From a virus: a stretch of 64,000 nt of DNA. Below the pieces are notes generated by a model. That model did not search any database. It was not told where the DNA came from and worked only from the letters and a program-made list of their open reading frames with translations. The stretch is taken from positions 1 through 64,000 of the IMG/VR virus record IMGVR_UViG_3300042398_001156. The stretch is one strand, 5' to 3'. This document shows, piece after piece, positions 9,842 through 19,660 of this stretch. A program made the translations under genes and the position numbers. How positions within the stretch are numbered: position 1 is the stretch's first letter; every line of letters starts with the position of its first letter.

Positions 9842-10777
9842 CTATTTAGGTTGGTTCTGACCAGTAACTTGGTTAGATACCGTTGACCATTGTGACGCTG
9901 TCCACTTTGTTGGGTCATTACCATACAACGAAGTCATTTGGCGTATAGTTTGTTGATATGGATCACCAGCATCAGATGCTGCCATACCTGTAGCAATTTG
10001 TCCGCGTGCATTTGCTTGGTTTAAAAAGTCTGTATAAGCTTGGTCTTGTGCAGTATTAATACCAACTTGAGCTTGCAGTCTTTGATCATTAAGCATCTGT
10101 GCATTTTGATTCAAAGTATTTACATTGGTCATTAACATTTGCATATCTTGATTTGCAATTTGTGACTCACTCATACCCGCTCTTAATCGTGCCATGCGTT
10201 CTGCACGAACTTGATCAGTAATTTGTTTAACAGTATTTGCTTGTTGCATTGCTGCTTGTTGGAAACCAACATCTGCCATCGTTGCCGCTTGTTGGGCTTG
10301 ATTAGTATAAGACTGTTCAAGCCTATTTAACATTTCTTTGCCGCCAGTTCCTGGAGCCAAAGAATATACATCTTGATAATATTCATTAAATGCAGATACT
10401 TTGCCATCTTCTCCTGTAGGAGCAGCTACTCCTGTTTCTATAAGAGTGCCTGTAGTTGTATCGTATTTATTACCTACTGTATCAAACCCTAACTTTGTAG
10501 CGTTTTGAGTAATGATTTGATTCATAGCAGCTTTTACGTTCTTAAAACGGTCAGATTCTATGCGGTTACCACCTGCATCTATTAAATTCAAAGCAACTAA
10601 TTCAGCATCAGTAAGAGGTCTACCTAATTCTACAATTTTTTCCAACAAGTCTTTTTTATTTTGTGCGTCTAAATTCCAGTTAGCATTTGTTCCAGCAACA
10701 TTTATATTATACTCTACACCATTAACTGTGCGAGTATTTCCAAACTGTTGAAGGTTTAATTTGAATTTTAACTTCAT
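9842..10777 (-). CDS. Putative ejection/DNA pilot (internal virion) protein with N-terminal Prp-type motif
   Basis: Q/N/A-rich helical C-terminal half; located after the nozzle; begins MKLKFKLNLQQFG. Confidence 0.55.
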   Translation of the reverse strand: MKLKFKLNLQQFGNTRTVNGVEYNINVAGTNANWNLDAQNKKDLLEKIVELGRPLTDAELVALNLIDAGGNRIESDRFKNVKAAMNQIITQNATKLGFDTVGNKYDTTTGTLIETGVAAPTGEDGKVSAFNEYYQDVYSLAPGTGGKEMLNRLEQSYTNQAQQAATMADVGFQQAAMQQANTVKQITDQVRAERMARLRAGMSESQIANQDMQMLMTNVNTLNQNAQMLNDQRLQAQVGINTAQDQAYTDFLNQANARGQIATGMAASDAGDPYQQTIRQMTSLYGNDPTKWTASQWSTVSNQVTGQNQPK

Positions 10778-11202
10778 ACTATTTCTCCTTTCTCTTCAAG
10801 TTCTTTAATGTGTTCATTATGTTTAATAATTAAATCACCTAAGTCTTTTTCTAAGGTTAATATTTTTAATTCAAGATCATGAATATACTTTTCAAAATCA
10901 GGGCGAACAGGCTTAGTACCCGTCAGCTGGTATTTATTATACGCTAATTCTCCTTGATATATGTGAATAATTTTTTGGTTATCATCAATTAACTTAACAG
11001 TAAAGTAAATAACTTTTTCTAAAATATTAGGTAGTTCAATGACAATATGGTTTCCTTTATATTGTTTTTCTTCAATAAACAAAACAGGATGTAAGTGTTC
11101 AGTATTAGGTTCAAACACATAGTGAATAGAAGTTTCCTTAATTAATTCAGGAACTTTCATAAGCATAACTTCTACTTTTTGATTGGCTAGTTTTAAAATC
11201 AT
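10774..11202 (-). CDS. Hypothetical protein (beta-rich N-terminus, coiled-coil C-terminus)
   Basis: ORF coupled to both neighbours by ATGA overlaps. Confidence 0.65.
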   Translation of the reverse strand: MILKLANQKVEVMLMKVPELIKETSIHYVFEPNTEHLHPVLFIEEKQYKGNHIVIELPNILEKVIYFTVKLIDDNQKIIHIYQGELAYNKYQLTGTKPVRPDFEKYIHDLELKILTLEKDLGDLIIKHNEHIKELEEKGEIV

Positions 11203-14200
11203 ACTCTTCTCTCCTTATAAATAATACCAAAGTTTTGAAGTTTATATAAACCTTTTGATATAAATTGAAGTTTAAGTCTAAATACTTTACCTAATCCTAG
11301 TATACTTGTTCGATGCGTAAGTAGTTTGCTAGATGAATAGTCTGAAAAATCCATTAACATATTATTGTTTTCAAAAAGATTATTAGTTAAAGAATACTTA
11401 ACAACATCGGTAGCTGTGTTCGAAATCATATTAACATCAACAAGTTCAATCAAATCTTTATTATCAGCTTTAGAAACTGTAACATAGTAAGAAATATTAT
11501 TTGAATCAATAACTTCTAGTTGTTGGTTATAAAAAGGTTTAGCAACAATTTCGTCAATCATTGTTTCAAGATTAAATAATACATTGTTTGCATTAAGATT
11601 TTTAAAAGTAACATGTAAGTCACGGAATCGTTTAAAAAGATGGTTGTTTAAATTCATATTCCCTGTATCAATTAAACAGTTAATGCCTTCTTTTTTAAAG
11701 TTATTTGTAAATGATAAGTCTACATGGTTGTCTCGTACGTTATATTCTACGAACGGTACTGTAAAAAATAACTTACTATTTGTCTGCGTAATTAATAAAT
11801 CACCGCTTTCAATAAAGCGTTTATCAAAAACATCAGTAAACGTTAACGTATCATATGCGTAATATCTATTATTTAAAACATCGTAGTTTAAAATATAAGT
11901 AATAACACCTGGCACATAATAAAATATTTTAATAAAGTTAATAGATACTAAAGCTTTAATTTTAATTTCATCCTTTTTAACACGCATAGAACTTACATAA
12001 GAAGCTAAACGTTCGTTCATGTATTGATCATAATGATCTAAAATATCGTTGGCAGCTTTATTTAAAAACTGAATACTAAAACGTGTTTCACTATCAATGG
12101 TATTACTTGGACGTATCATAAAAAGTTGCCCATCTTCTGAGTAAAATAAAACCATTTGATTAAAAATTTGTATAACGTCTGCGTACTTTTTATTAACAAG
12201 TAAGTTATATAAAACAATTTGTTTAAGCCATGCTACACCCGTAACGTTTTGTTCAATCTGATTTGTAGTTGTATTAAGTTGGGTTGTAATTGTTTCTACA
12301 CGGTAAACAGCGTAAAGATGTTGCGTTGTAAATACAAGAATAATAGTTTTATACTGTAATACTTTTACAATCTCTTCTGCAAATTCTACACGGTTGCGTT
12401 CTTTAAACCAGTAAAATTTACCTTCTTCTGAAATAAATAAAACATTTTTGTTCCATACAAGTAAACGACTATCTTCAAAGACAGTTAAACTATTGCTTGT
12501 TTGTATTTGCAACGGTTCATTAATAAGTACTTTATCTATATACGTAACACTAAATGCATCTTGTGCGTACACTAAATTAACTGTTTGTCTTAAAGAAGTG
12601 GCGTTCCATACAGCTTTTAATGTTTGACGTTCTTGATAATTTTTGCCACTGTATTCTGATTCTTGGTAAGGTCTCATGTAAAAAATAATATTAATACCTT
12701 TTTCAAAAAAACCTGCGCTTACAAGATTAGGTACATTAAGACTTACTGGTGTAAATCTGCCGACTAAACCAGTAGGGTTATTCCAACGATAATAAAAATT
12801 AGTTCTAAGATCACGGTATATTGTGTTATTAACAAAGTTAGCAGGAAATGCTGTACCACTTATAGCTTCCCATTCATTGCCACTTGGACTTTTTCTTTGT
12901 CGATAAAATGTACCTGTGCCTGCTTGTATCGTAGCATTTTCAGCTGCATTAGTAATAGTATAACGTGTCGGATTGGAATCATTTATTAATACAGCAGGTG
13001 TACCTGAAGCATACCATGGCGGCTGTGCGGTACCATAAACAGCGTTAGAAGTAAACGTACTAAAGCTAGATCCTACAGGTGTTTTAAGTGTAGTAAGATC
13101 TGTACCAATCTCCCATTTTAAAGTATCCCAGTTAAACTTATTAAAATTAAAGTCGTTAAAATAGAATGTGTTTTGTCTTACAAGATAATCTTGTGGAGTA
13201 TTAAAATAATTTAAAGAAGCAAATACAAATCTATAATATTCTGTTGTACCGCCGGGGTTATTAATAGCAAACAATTGACCAAGATACCCACTAGCAGCTG
13301 TCCATCGATAGTAACGATTATTTCTTTCATCTAAATATAAACTATTTAATTTAAATGTAGTCCCTTGATTGCTACTGTTAAGAGGTCCCCAAGTATTTGT
13401 TCCTGGTTTTACACTAGGGTTGTAACTAATAAGTTCAGACCACACTGCTTTTAATTCAGGTTGCGTTTGAATTATTTTTTGATACATTTTACCTGTACTT
13501 TGTACTTGAACAATTGTATTTAAAGGAATGTCATTAACTTCTATACCTGTTAACACTACAAGTGTTTGACCACCTTCTACTATAGTACTTTCTGTAGCAG
13601 CATAATAAGGTGCTTGTGTTCCAAATGCTGAATTAGAAGTAAATTCATTGATTGCATTTGTCTCAACATAAGTATCATTACCAGCATATGGAAGTAAATG
13701 AAAAACAACACCGTCTCTTGTTTTAAAAATATTAAGTCTTTTTATTTCTGCTATTAGTTCAGATCCTGTTAAAAGAAAATCGTATTCGTCTTCTTGTGTT
13801 TCTTTACTAAAAGTATGATACATCTTTTCAAAATCACTTATGTCATTATTAACACTAGATTGCATTAGCTTATCAAATGTTTCATACCTACCTGTACTCA
13901 CTTCTGTTTGTATATCGTACAAATAAAAAAAAGCATTGCTACTTAAACCATCAATTACTTCTATTAAAGTTTTATAATCTATAATGTTATTAATTGCGGA
14001 TTGCCAACTATTATTTCTATTTGTTATAGCAGTAAAACTTTCTTGTCCTGTACCTGTTTTATACGTACCATTACTATTACGTGAAGGAAATTCTTGTGTA
14101 ACTAACCCTTCACTTGAAACACTTTTACTACTAAACGTTCTATTTAAATTTTTTGAAACAACGTAAATTAAATAACGTGCACCCTTATAATGATTAGTTT

Positions 14201-15350
14201 GTTTATCAGCGTTTCCTAAACTTGTACTGTTACTTCTATCAGAATCTAATAAAACAGTACCTGGACCATTAGGTTGAGTATTATCAACGGATGGAGTGTA
14301 TCTAAGCCAAGGACTGGACATAATAGTATCCCCTACTTCATCACCTATTTCTTTACCAGTATTAAATATTTCAAAACGATAAGCCCATTTATCAGATATG
14401 TTAGGAGTGTTATTTAAATCCAAATACGCAGGGTTTAAAACAAAGTAAGGTTTAATATTGTAATTAACATTAGGAAGAATAAAGTTAGTAACATACTGAT
14501 CGTTGTCATCATAAGTATAAATAAAGTTTCCTAACGTGCTAACTACACCTCCTTCAACCGGACGTGTTTGTTCTGTATATAATGTTTGAAATACGTTAGG
14601 AATAATAGATTTAGACACAGCTAAATTACGTTCAGTAGGAGCAAGTGTTGGATGCTCAAACATGTAAGGCAATCCTTCAACAACTAAAGTATCTGCAGCA
14701 CCTTCACTTGTTTGGTTTTGACGGTAACGAAGTTGAAGAATAAAATTAAAAGGTGTCTGTCCATTAACACCTGTATTTAATGTGACCTTTACAAGAGCGC
14801 GACTAATACCATTTTCATCATAAATGTGTTCAATCTTAGTATCTTCAATAGGAGTAATTTTATTTATGAATTGTGTAATTGTATTAGCTAGTGTAGTAGT
14901 ATTTCTATAAGCAGCAACATAACTTACTTGTGGAATTAGCACTTGCGTAAATAAATAATTCCAATCATAGTTAGCTATTTTAGAAATAATAGGTAAGTAA
15001 TAGTTAGTTATCTTATCATTGTACCCAGATATTTCTGCAATATATGCAGTGTTGTTATTCAGATCAAAAAGAATATATTGCCCTATTGTATTGTCTTTAT
15101 AAATAATAGTTTTATTACTTAATGAAATATGTTTATTAAAGTCTGGGCTACCTTCAATAGTATTTTTTAATGTTGTTGTTAAATATCCTTCACGCGGTTC
15201 TACAGATTGACCTGTATCAGATACATCAAAGTTTACCATGTGTTTAAACAATCCTTCGTTTAAAGGATCGGTGGTTGCGACAATTCCTAGATATCTAGTG
15301 TTGTCGTAATACGATTTTTCAGGAAACCCCTGTACCGCTTTTCTAGCCAT
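11199..15350 (-). CDS. Tail nozzle/hub (stabilisation-like) protein with large insertions
   Basis: 1383 aa after the adaptor; N-terminal NFD....G.VEPR.GY; C-terminal beta-rich region with TG..NL....KRFR and G.GK.FRL, as in podoviral nozzle proteins. Confidence 0.65.
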   Translation of the reverse strand: MARKAVQGFPEKSYYDNTRYLGIVATTDPLNEGLFKHMVNFDVSDTGQSVEPREGYLTTTLKNTIEGSPDFNKHISLSNKTIIYKDNTIGQYILFDLNNNTAYIAEISGYNDKITNYYLPIISKIANYDWNYLFTQVLIPQVSYVAAYRNTTTLANTITQFINKITPIEDTKIEHIYDENGISRALVKVTLNTGVNGQTPFNFILQLRYRQNQTSEGAADTLVVEGLPYMFEHPTLAPTERNLAVSKSIIPNVFQTLYTEQTRPVEGGVVSTLGNFIYTYDDNDQYVTNFILPNVNYNIKPYFVLNPAYLDLNNTPNISDKWAYRFEIFNTGKEIGDEVGDTIMSSPWLRYTPSVDNTQPNGPGTVLLDSDRSNSTSLGNADKQTNHYKGARYLIYVVSKNLNRTFSSKSVSSEGLVTQEFPSRNSNGTYKTGTGQESFTAITNRNNSWQSAINNIIDYKTLIEVIDGLSSNAFFYLYDIQTEVSTGRYETFDKLMQSSVNNDISDFEKMYHTFSKETQEDEYDFLLTGSELIAEIKRLNIFKTRDGVVFHLLPYAGNDTYVETNAINEFTSNSAFGTQAPYYAATESTIVEGGQTLVVLTGIEVNDIPLNTIVQVQSTGKMYQKIIQTQPELKAVWSELISYNPSVKPGTNTWGPLNSSNQGTTFKLNSLYLDERNNRYYRWTAASGYLGQLFAINNPGGTTEYYRFVFASLNYFNTPQDYLVRQNTFYFNDFNFNKFNWDTLKWEIGTDLTTLKTPVGSSFSTFTSNAVYGTAQPPWYASGTPAVLINDSNPTRYTITNAAENATIQAGTGTFYRQRKSPSGNEWEAISGTAFPANFVNNTIYRDLRTNFYYRWNNPTGLVGRFTPVSLNVPNLVSAGFFEKGINIIFYMRPYQESEYSGKNYQERQTLKAVWNATSLRQTVNLVYAQDAFSVTYIDKVLINEPLQIQTSNSLTVFEDSRLLVWNKNVLFISEEGKFYWFKERNRVEFAEEIVKVLQYKTIILVFTTQHLYAVYRVETITTQLNTTTNQIEQNVTGVAWLKQIVLYNLLVNKKYADVIQIFNQMVLFYSEDGQLFMIRPSNTIDSETRFSIQFLNKAANDILDHYDQYMNERLASYVSSMRVKKDEIKIKALVSINFIKIFYYVPGVITYILNYDVLNNRYYAYDTLTFTDVFDKRFIESGDLLITQTNSKLFFTVPFVEYNVRDNHVDLSFTNNFKKEGINCLIDTGNMNLNNHLFKRFRDLHVTFKNLNANNVLFNLETMIDEIVAKPFYNQQLEVIDSNNISYYVTVSKADNKDLIELVDVNMISNTATDVVKYSLTNNLFENNNMLMDFSDYSSSKLLTHRTSILGLGKVFRLKLQFISKGLYKLQNFGIIYKERRV

Positions 15351-16680
15351 TATAACCCCATATTACTTGCACACTATAACTTGTAGTTGGATTGTTAGTA
15401 GAAACATTACCAGCATACCATGTAGGAGTAAACACGTTGTTTGCTGTACTACCTGCCCAACCTGCAGGCCTATTAACTTCTAAAACTCTTGTTTTAATAA
15501 CTAAACGTTTGCCTAGCACTACAGGAAATGCACCAGCTTCAATTGTTGTTACTGAGTCAGGTATAACAATTTCAAATAACGACGGTGTGTTTGCAAAAGC
15601 ATTAGCTCCTATAGTTGTTAAACCCTGGTTTAATAAAATTGTATGTCCTTTAAAACCATCAAAAGCATTTGCTTGAAGTTCTAAAATACTTTTAGGTAAA
15701 TAAATACCTTGTGTTAATAGATCAGGACTAGGTGCTGGTGGAGTGTTAATAAAATTAGTCTTGATTGTTTTAGCTTGAGTTCCACCAATATACTCCGGAA
15801 TAATTAAGTTAACAAGAACAAGACGTGCAGCTGTCGAAATAGTAACTAACCCTTGAACAGTAACTTCTAAAGTATTAATAAAGCTCCAAAAAGCATAGAA
15901 GTTAAGATCAGCACGCATCGGTACTTTTATTCCACCAGCTACTCCAAGTTGGTTAACTGTATAACCATTTGACGCAGTAACACCTGAAGCACGATGTTCT
16001 CTAGTCCAACCGTTAAAGGTATATATAAACTGTCCGTCTAAAGAAGCAAATACATTAAAACCTGCTGTTGGATATTTAATCGTAGCAATTTCATCATATA
16101 AATAAACTTTACTATCTATTGTAAAAGAATTACCTACGGGTATGTAAAGGTTGTTATTGTCAGGATAATAGTTAATTCTAAATCTAAATGTAGGAATATT
16201 TAAATTACGTTCATTATGTTGGATAATACCTTGTGCTGTATCTAAACCAAAAAACACACCTTGATCCGGATTTTGTCTGAATTCAACAGGAACACTATTA
16301 AATTCTTTTTGGAACATATCAAATAAACCTTCTTGCATCTCAAGTAAATACTTATTATAAATCGTAGTAAACTCTTCATCTCTTGCTAATATTTCCGAAG
16401 CAATGTATGGAATAATAACACTATGAAAGTATTCTTCTTTAATAATTTCGTACTCTGCAATCGTTTGGTCGACGCCATTTGCATCTTTTTCAGTTTGAGG
16501 AATACTATACGTATCTGTAGGATTTTTTAAATATAAAGTAAGTTTAGGATACCTGGTGCCTAAAAAACTATTAATCTTTGTAATAGCTTTGTCAGCATCG
16601 TACTTAACATCAAACCAAGTAAGGTTATACCTTAAGGTTAATTGGTTAAGACGGTCAAGCAGTTCTTGTTGTGTTAGCAT
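15343..16680 (-). CDS. Head-tail adaptor-like protein fused to InlB B-repeat-like and BspA-type LRR domains
   Basis: Helical N-terminal domain (DKAITKIN; EEYFHSVIIPYIASEIL); then Y.FNGW...DLNFYA.W; then LPKSI..L..NAF / L..GLTTIG.NAF / IPDSVTTI..GAF. Confidence 0.65.
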   Translation of the reverse strand: MLTQQELLDRLNQLTLRYNLTWFDVKYDADKAITKINSFLGTRYPKLTLYLKNPTDTYSIPQTEKDANGVDQTIAEYEIIKEEYFHSVIIPYIASEILARDEEFTTIYNKYLLEMQEGLFDMFQKEFNSVPVEFRQNPDQGVFFGLDTAQGIIQHNERNLNIPTFRFRINYYPDNNNLYIPVGNSFTIDSKVYLYDEIATIKYPTAGFNVFASLDGQFIYTFNGWTREHRASGVTASNGYTVNQLGVAGGIKVPMRADLNFYAFWSFINTLEVTVQGLVTISTAARLVLVNLIIPEYIGGTQAKTIKTNFINTPPAPSPDLLTQGIYLPKSILELQANAFDGFKGHTILLNQGLTTIGANAFANTPSLFEIVIPDSVTTIEAGAFPVVLGKRLVIKTRVLEVNRPAGWAGSTANNVFTPTWYAGNVSTNNPTTSYSVQVIWGYNG

Positions 16681-16702
16681 TTCAAAAGGTCCTCACATTT
16701 TG

Positions 16703-16713
16703 ATTATAGCACA
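16703..16713 (-). promoter_or_regulatory. Extended -10 promoter TGTGC-TATAAT
   Basis: Perfect TATAAT with TRTG, between the scaffold terminator and the adaptor gene. Confidence 0.65.
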
Positions 16714-16737
16714 AAAGTTTTTAAACAATAGTTCAAT

Positions 16738-16763
16738 TAATAAAAACACACCCGAAGGTGTGT
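16738..16763 (-). terminator. Intrinsic terminator after scaffold gene
   Basis: ACACACC-TTCG-GGTGTGT stem-loop followed by a T run on the minus strand. Confidence 0.8.
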
Positions 16764-16771
16764 CTTTAGTT

Positions 16772-17701
16772 TTACTTCTTACGATTACTTGCTTCAGTCA
16801 GTAAGTCTGATAACGATACGCCGTTGTTATTAATAGGTTTAGGTTGTGTGCTTTGTGCCGGATTTGCAACTGGTACTTTAGTTTGTCTCGCACGTTCTTC
16901 TTCCCATTTAGTTTTTGCTAGACCTACTGCGCTGTCAACTTGTTGTTTTAACAACTTATCACGGTACACAAGGATGTAAAGATCTTGCAAGTCTCCGCCT
17001 TGAGCTAACCATTGGTACGGGTTTTTCTTTACAGACATTGCATCTTTAAAGAAGTTGTTGACTTCGCTACCTTTAATATTCATGTTTTGTTGAAGATTCG
17101 TAAGGGCTCGATCCATTGTAATTTGAAGTCTTTGCTTTTGGATTTCAATCTTATCACGTTCAATACGATCAATTTCAGCTTGAACTTCAGGAGTAATGCC
17201 TTTAGCTTCAGCTTTAACTTTAGTATCAGAAGTATTCATAGCTGTAGCTAAAGCTTCATAGTCCATCTTACCTTCCTTCATAAATTCTTTAAGTTTGAAT
17301 TCATAAGACCCGGCAGTATAACGTTGAACTAATCCTTCAATCTTTTCTTTACCAGCTTTTTCAGCAGCATACTTATCCCGAATTTCTTTCATCGGGTTAA
17401 CTTTGCCGTCTTTCTTTTCGTCTGGTTTAGCGTCAGCAGGTTTAGTTTCAACCGGTTTAACATCAACAGGTTTAACTTCAGGAGTTACTTCTGCAGGTTT
17501 TGCAGGCGTTGGTTCAGCTAGTTTAGCTTGAACTAATTGATCGGCTGCTTTATCAACAGGAGTTGCCGCATCAACTTTAGGTTGTTCAACCGGAGCTGCT
17601 GCTACTGGAGCCGGAGCTGGAGTTGGAGTTGGAGTAGGTGCGTTACCTGCTCCTTGACTTAACGCTTCTTGTAAACTAATTTTATTCTTTTGGTCTGCCA
17701 T
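16772..17701 (-). CDS. Putative capsid scaffolding protein
   Basis: P/A/K low-complexity N-terminus, helical charged body, DL..LY...Y motif, downstream of portal. Confidence 0.65.
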   Translation of the reverse strand: MADQKNKISLQEALSQGAGNAPTPTPTPAPAPVAAAPVEQPKVDAATPVDKAADQLVQAKLAEPTPAKPAEVTPEVKPVDVKPVETKPADAKPDEKKDGKVNPMKEIRDKYAAEKAGKEKIEGLVQRYTAGSYEFKLKEFMKEGKMDYEALATAMNTSDTKVKAEAKGITPEVQAEIDRIERDKIEIQKQRLQITMDRALTNLQQNMNIKGSEVNNFFKDAMSVKKNPYQWLAQGGDLQDLYILVYRDKLLKQQVDSAVGLAKTKWEEERARQTKVPVANPAQSTQPKPINNNGVSLSDLLTEASNRKK

Positions 17702-17703
17702 AA

Positions 17704-17862
17704 TTACTTCTTACCTTCTTTCTTAACAAGTTCTTGTTCTTGTTTATTAATTTCGCCAACAATGCTTTCAATAAACTTAACAACTTGATCGTATGGTAGT
17801 CTAGATAAAGCACTTAAGATAACTTTAACTTCTTCTATCGTAAACTCTAATTTGTATTTCAT
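17704..17862 (-). CDS. Small conserved phage protein (52 aa, MKYKLEFTIEEVKVILSALSRLPYDQVVKFIESI...)
   Basis: Read from the sequence (below ORF-track cutoff); GGAGG RBS; EE...IL.AL..LPY..V...I pattern common in phages. Confidence 0.7.
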   Translation of the reverse strand: MKYKLEFTIEEVKVILSALSRLPYDQVVKFIESIVGEINKQEQELVKKEGKK

Positions 17863-17863
17863 T

Positions 17864-18217
17864 TTATTTACCTCCTTTAAATATTTTTAGTAATTCAATG
17901 AATACTTTTGTTTTAATAATCGACTTATCGATTTCGTCTTGAACATACTTTTCAATCTGATTGCTACCTGCGATTACTTGATTCTGACTTATAATGTTTT
18001 CAATTTCTTTAATCGTAGATAAATTAACATCAATGTTAGACGTATCAAGTTTATCAGGCTTAGGTATATGAATGTCTGGCACTTTTTTACCTAAAGATAC
18101 TTTAGATATATAAGACGCAGACACTCCATACTTTAGTGCAACATCTTTGTTTAGCATCCCTAACCCTACGTCAGCTAAGATTTGCATATCAATCTCAGCG
18201 CTAATTCGTTTTGGCAT
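17864..18217 (-). CDS. Helix-turn-helix DNA-binding protein
   Basis: GMLNKDVALKYGVSASYISKV HTH pattern. Confidence 0.7.
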   Translation of the reverse strand: MPKRISAEIDMQILADVGLGMLNKDVALKYGVSASYISKVSLGKKVPDIHIPKPDKLDTSNIDVNLSTIKEIENIISQNQVIAGSNQIEKYVQDEIDKSIIKTKVFIELLKIFKGGK

Positions 18218-19412
18218 TAGTTACTCCTTTCTTTATTTCAGCCAGATATAACAACCCAATTGATCGACGACTAATTAGGTTTGTCATTAACTGTGTATCC
18301 ATAAAGACATTACTATAGTCTATTGCTAAAGGTACTTGTAATAGTAAGGGTGCAATTTTAGACACAGCATTGATAATTATCCAAAAGGGATCTTGTTGGT
18401 AAGAAGATACTGCTGTGACTGTAATAAGAATTGCAAACAAGAATGTATTTACAACTGTCCAAAGAACTTTAGTTCCTGCATCACGTACAACTCGACGTTC
18501 GTTACTATTAATAAGAGAGTAACTATCTACACTTACACCTTCATTATCACTTCCGTTATAAACAAACATAGGACTTATGTATTTAAAATATTTAACATAA
18601 CCATCAATAACGTACTCAACAATGTAATCATCTTCTAGTAGTTGTAGCAGTCTTTCTTTTTTTCTTAAGTAACTCCATTCTTTCCATGAAAGTTTTCCTA
18701 AGTTTTTAAGAACAACAGATGCTTCGTCTTTATTAACTTTAAGTTTATCAAAGTATGGTTTAAGTTTTTTTCGTATATGATAGTTTGCTTTGCGTTCTAT
18801 CTTGTCAATTTTAAATTTAACATTAATTTTATGTTGTTGTATTTTACGGAAGCGATTAAAGATGTCATGTATCCACGGTTCAAACGTAACTGGGTCTAAA
18901 TGTTTTTCTGTCATCTCATCCACTTCTTTACTTAAGTCAACAAACTTTTTGTACTTTTCTTTTGATAATGTCACAAGATAGTTAAATAAACTATAAAATA
19001 ATATAATTGCGGAACCTAATGAAATTGTTGTTGTTATATACCAGAATGGATACTCAAAGAAAAACTTAGTGTTGACTTGAACTTTAAAGTTAACAGGAAT
19101 TTCTACTTCAAACGGATTTGTTCCAGGGTTTACAATAACGTAATTAGCAACGTATAAATTGATCGCTTGTTCTGAATACCACGTAATACGATAGTTAACG
19201 TTTTCTTCTTTCATTGTAAGATATTCACCATACGTTGTATCAACAGCTCCGACTGTATACTGTGCTTGACCTTCAATAACAGGAAGCACACCGTTAATGC
19301 CTAGAACAACAAGTAATGAAAGTAATAGAAAAATAACGCTACGTGACTTTTTATTTGTAAGTACGTTGCTTGTACGTTCTATTAAAGCTTCAATCTTTGT
19401 TTGTTCTGGCAT
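18201..19412 (-). CDS. Multi-pass membrane protein (403 aa)
   Basis: About four hydrophobic segments around a large basic soluble region. Confidence 0.7.
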   Translation of the reverse strand: MPEQTKIEALIERTSNVLTNKKSRSVIFLLLSLLVVLGINGVLPVIEGQAQYTVGAVDTTYGEYLTMKEENVNYRITWYSEQAINLYVANYVIVNPGTNPFEVEIPVNFKVQVNTKFFFEYPFWYITTTISLGSAIILFYSLFNYLVTLSKEKYKKFVDLSKEVDEMTEKHLDPVTFEPWIHDIFNRFRKIQQHKINVKFKIDKIERKANYHIRKKLKPYFDKLKVNKDEASVVLKNLGKLSWKEWSYLRKKERLLQLLEDDYIVEYVIDGYVKYFKYISPMFVYNGSDNEGVSVDSYSLINSNERRVVRDAGTKVLWTVVNTFLFAILITVTAVSSYQQDPFWIIINAVSKIAPLLLQVPLAIDYSNVFMDTQLMTNLISRRSIGLLYLAEIKKGVTNAKTN

Positions 19413-19413
19413 A

Positions 19414-19647
19414 TTAAATATCCGTTAAAGTAAACGTTGCTTTTTTAAGTAATGCGTATTGTTCATCACGTTCGGTAACTTCAACATAAGTAGCAGTAAT
19501 AGGTTCACGTACATCCGCTAACCAAACAGTTAAAGCGAATGCTTCCGGTGTTTGTAGCGTAGCAGGAATCGTTAACTTACCAAAAGCTACAATAGATCGA
19601 GTATCAACTGCGACATCTTTTAATTCGACAAATCTAATTTGTTCCAT
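19414..19647 (-). CDS. Hypothetical protein
   Basis: 77-aa ORF with GGAGG RBS, in operon. Confidence 0.7.
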   Translation of the reverse strand: MEQIRFVELKDVAVDTRSIVAFGKLTIPATLQTPEAFALTVWLADVREPITATYVEVTERDEQYALLKKATFTLTDI

Positions 19648-19660
19648 ATTTATTTACCTC

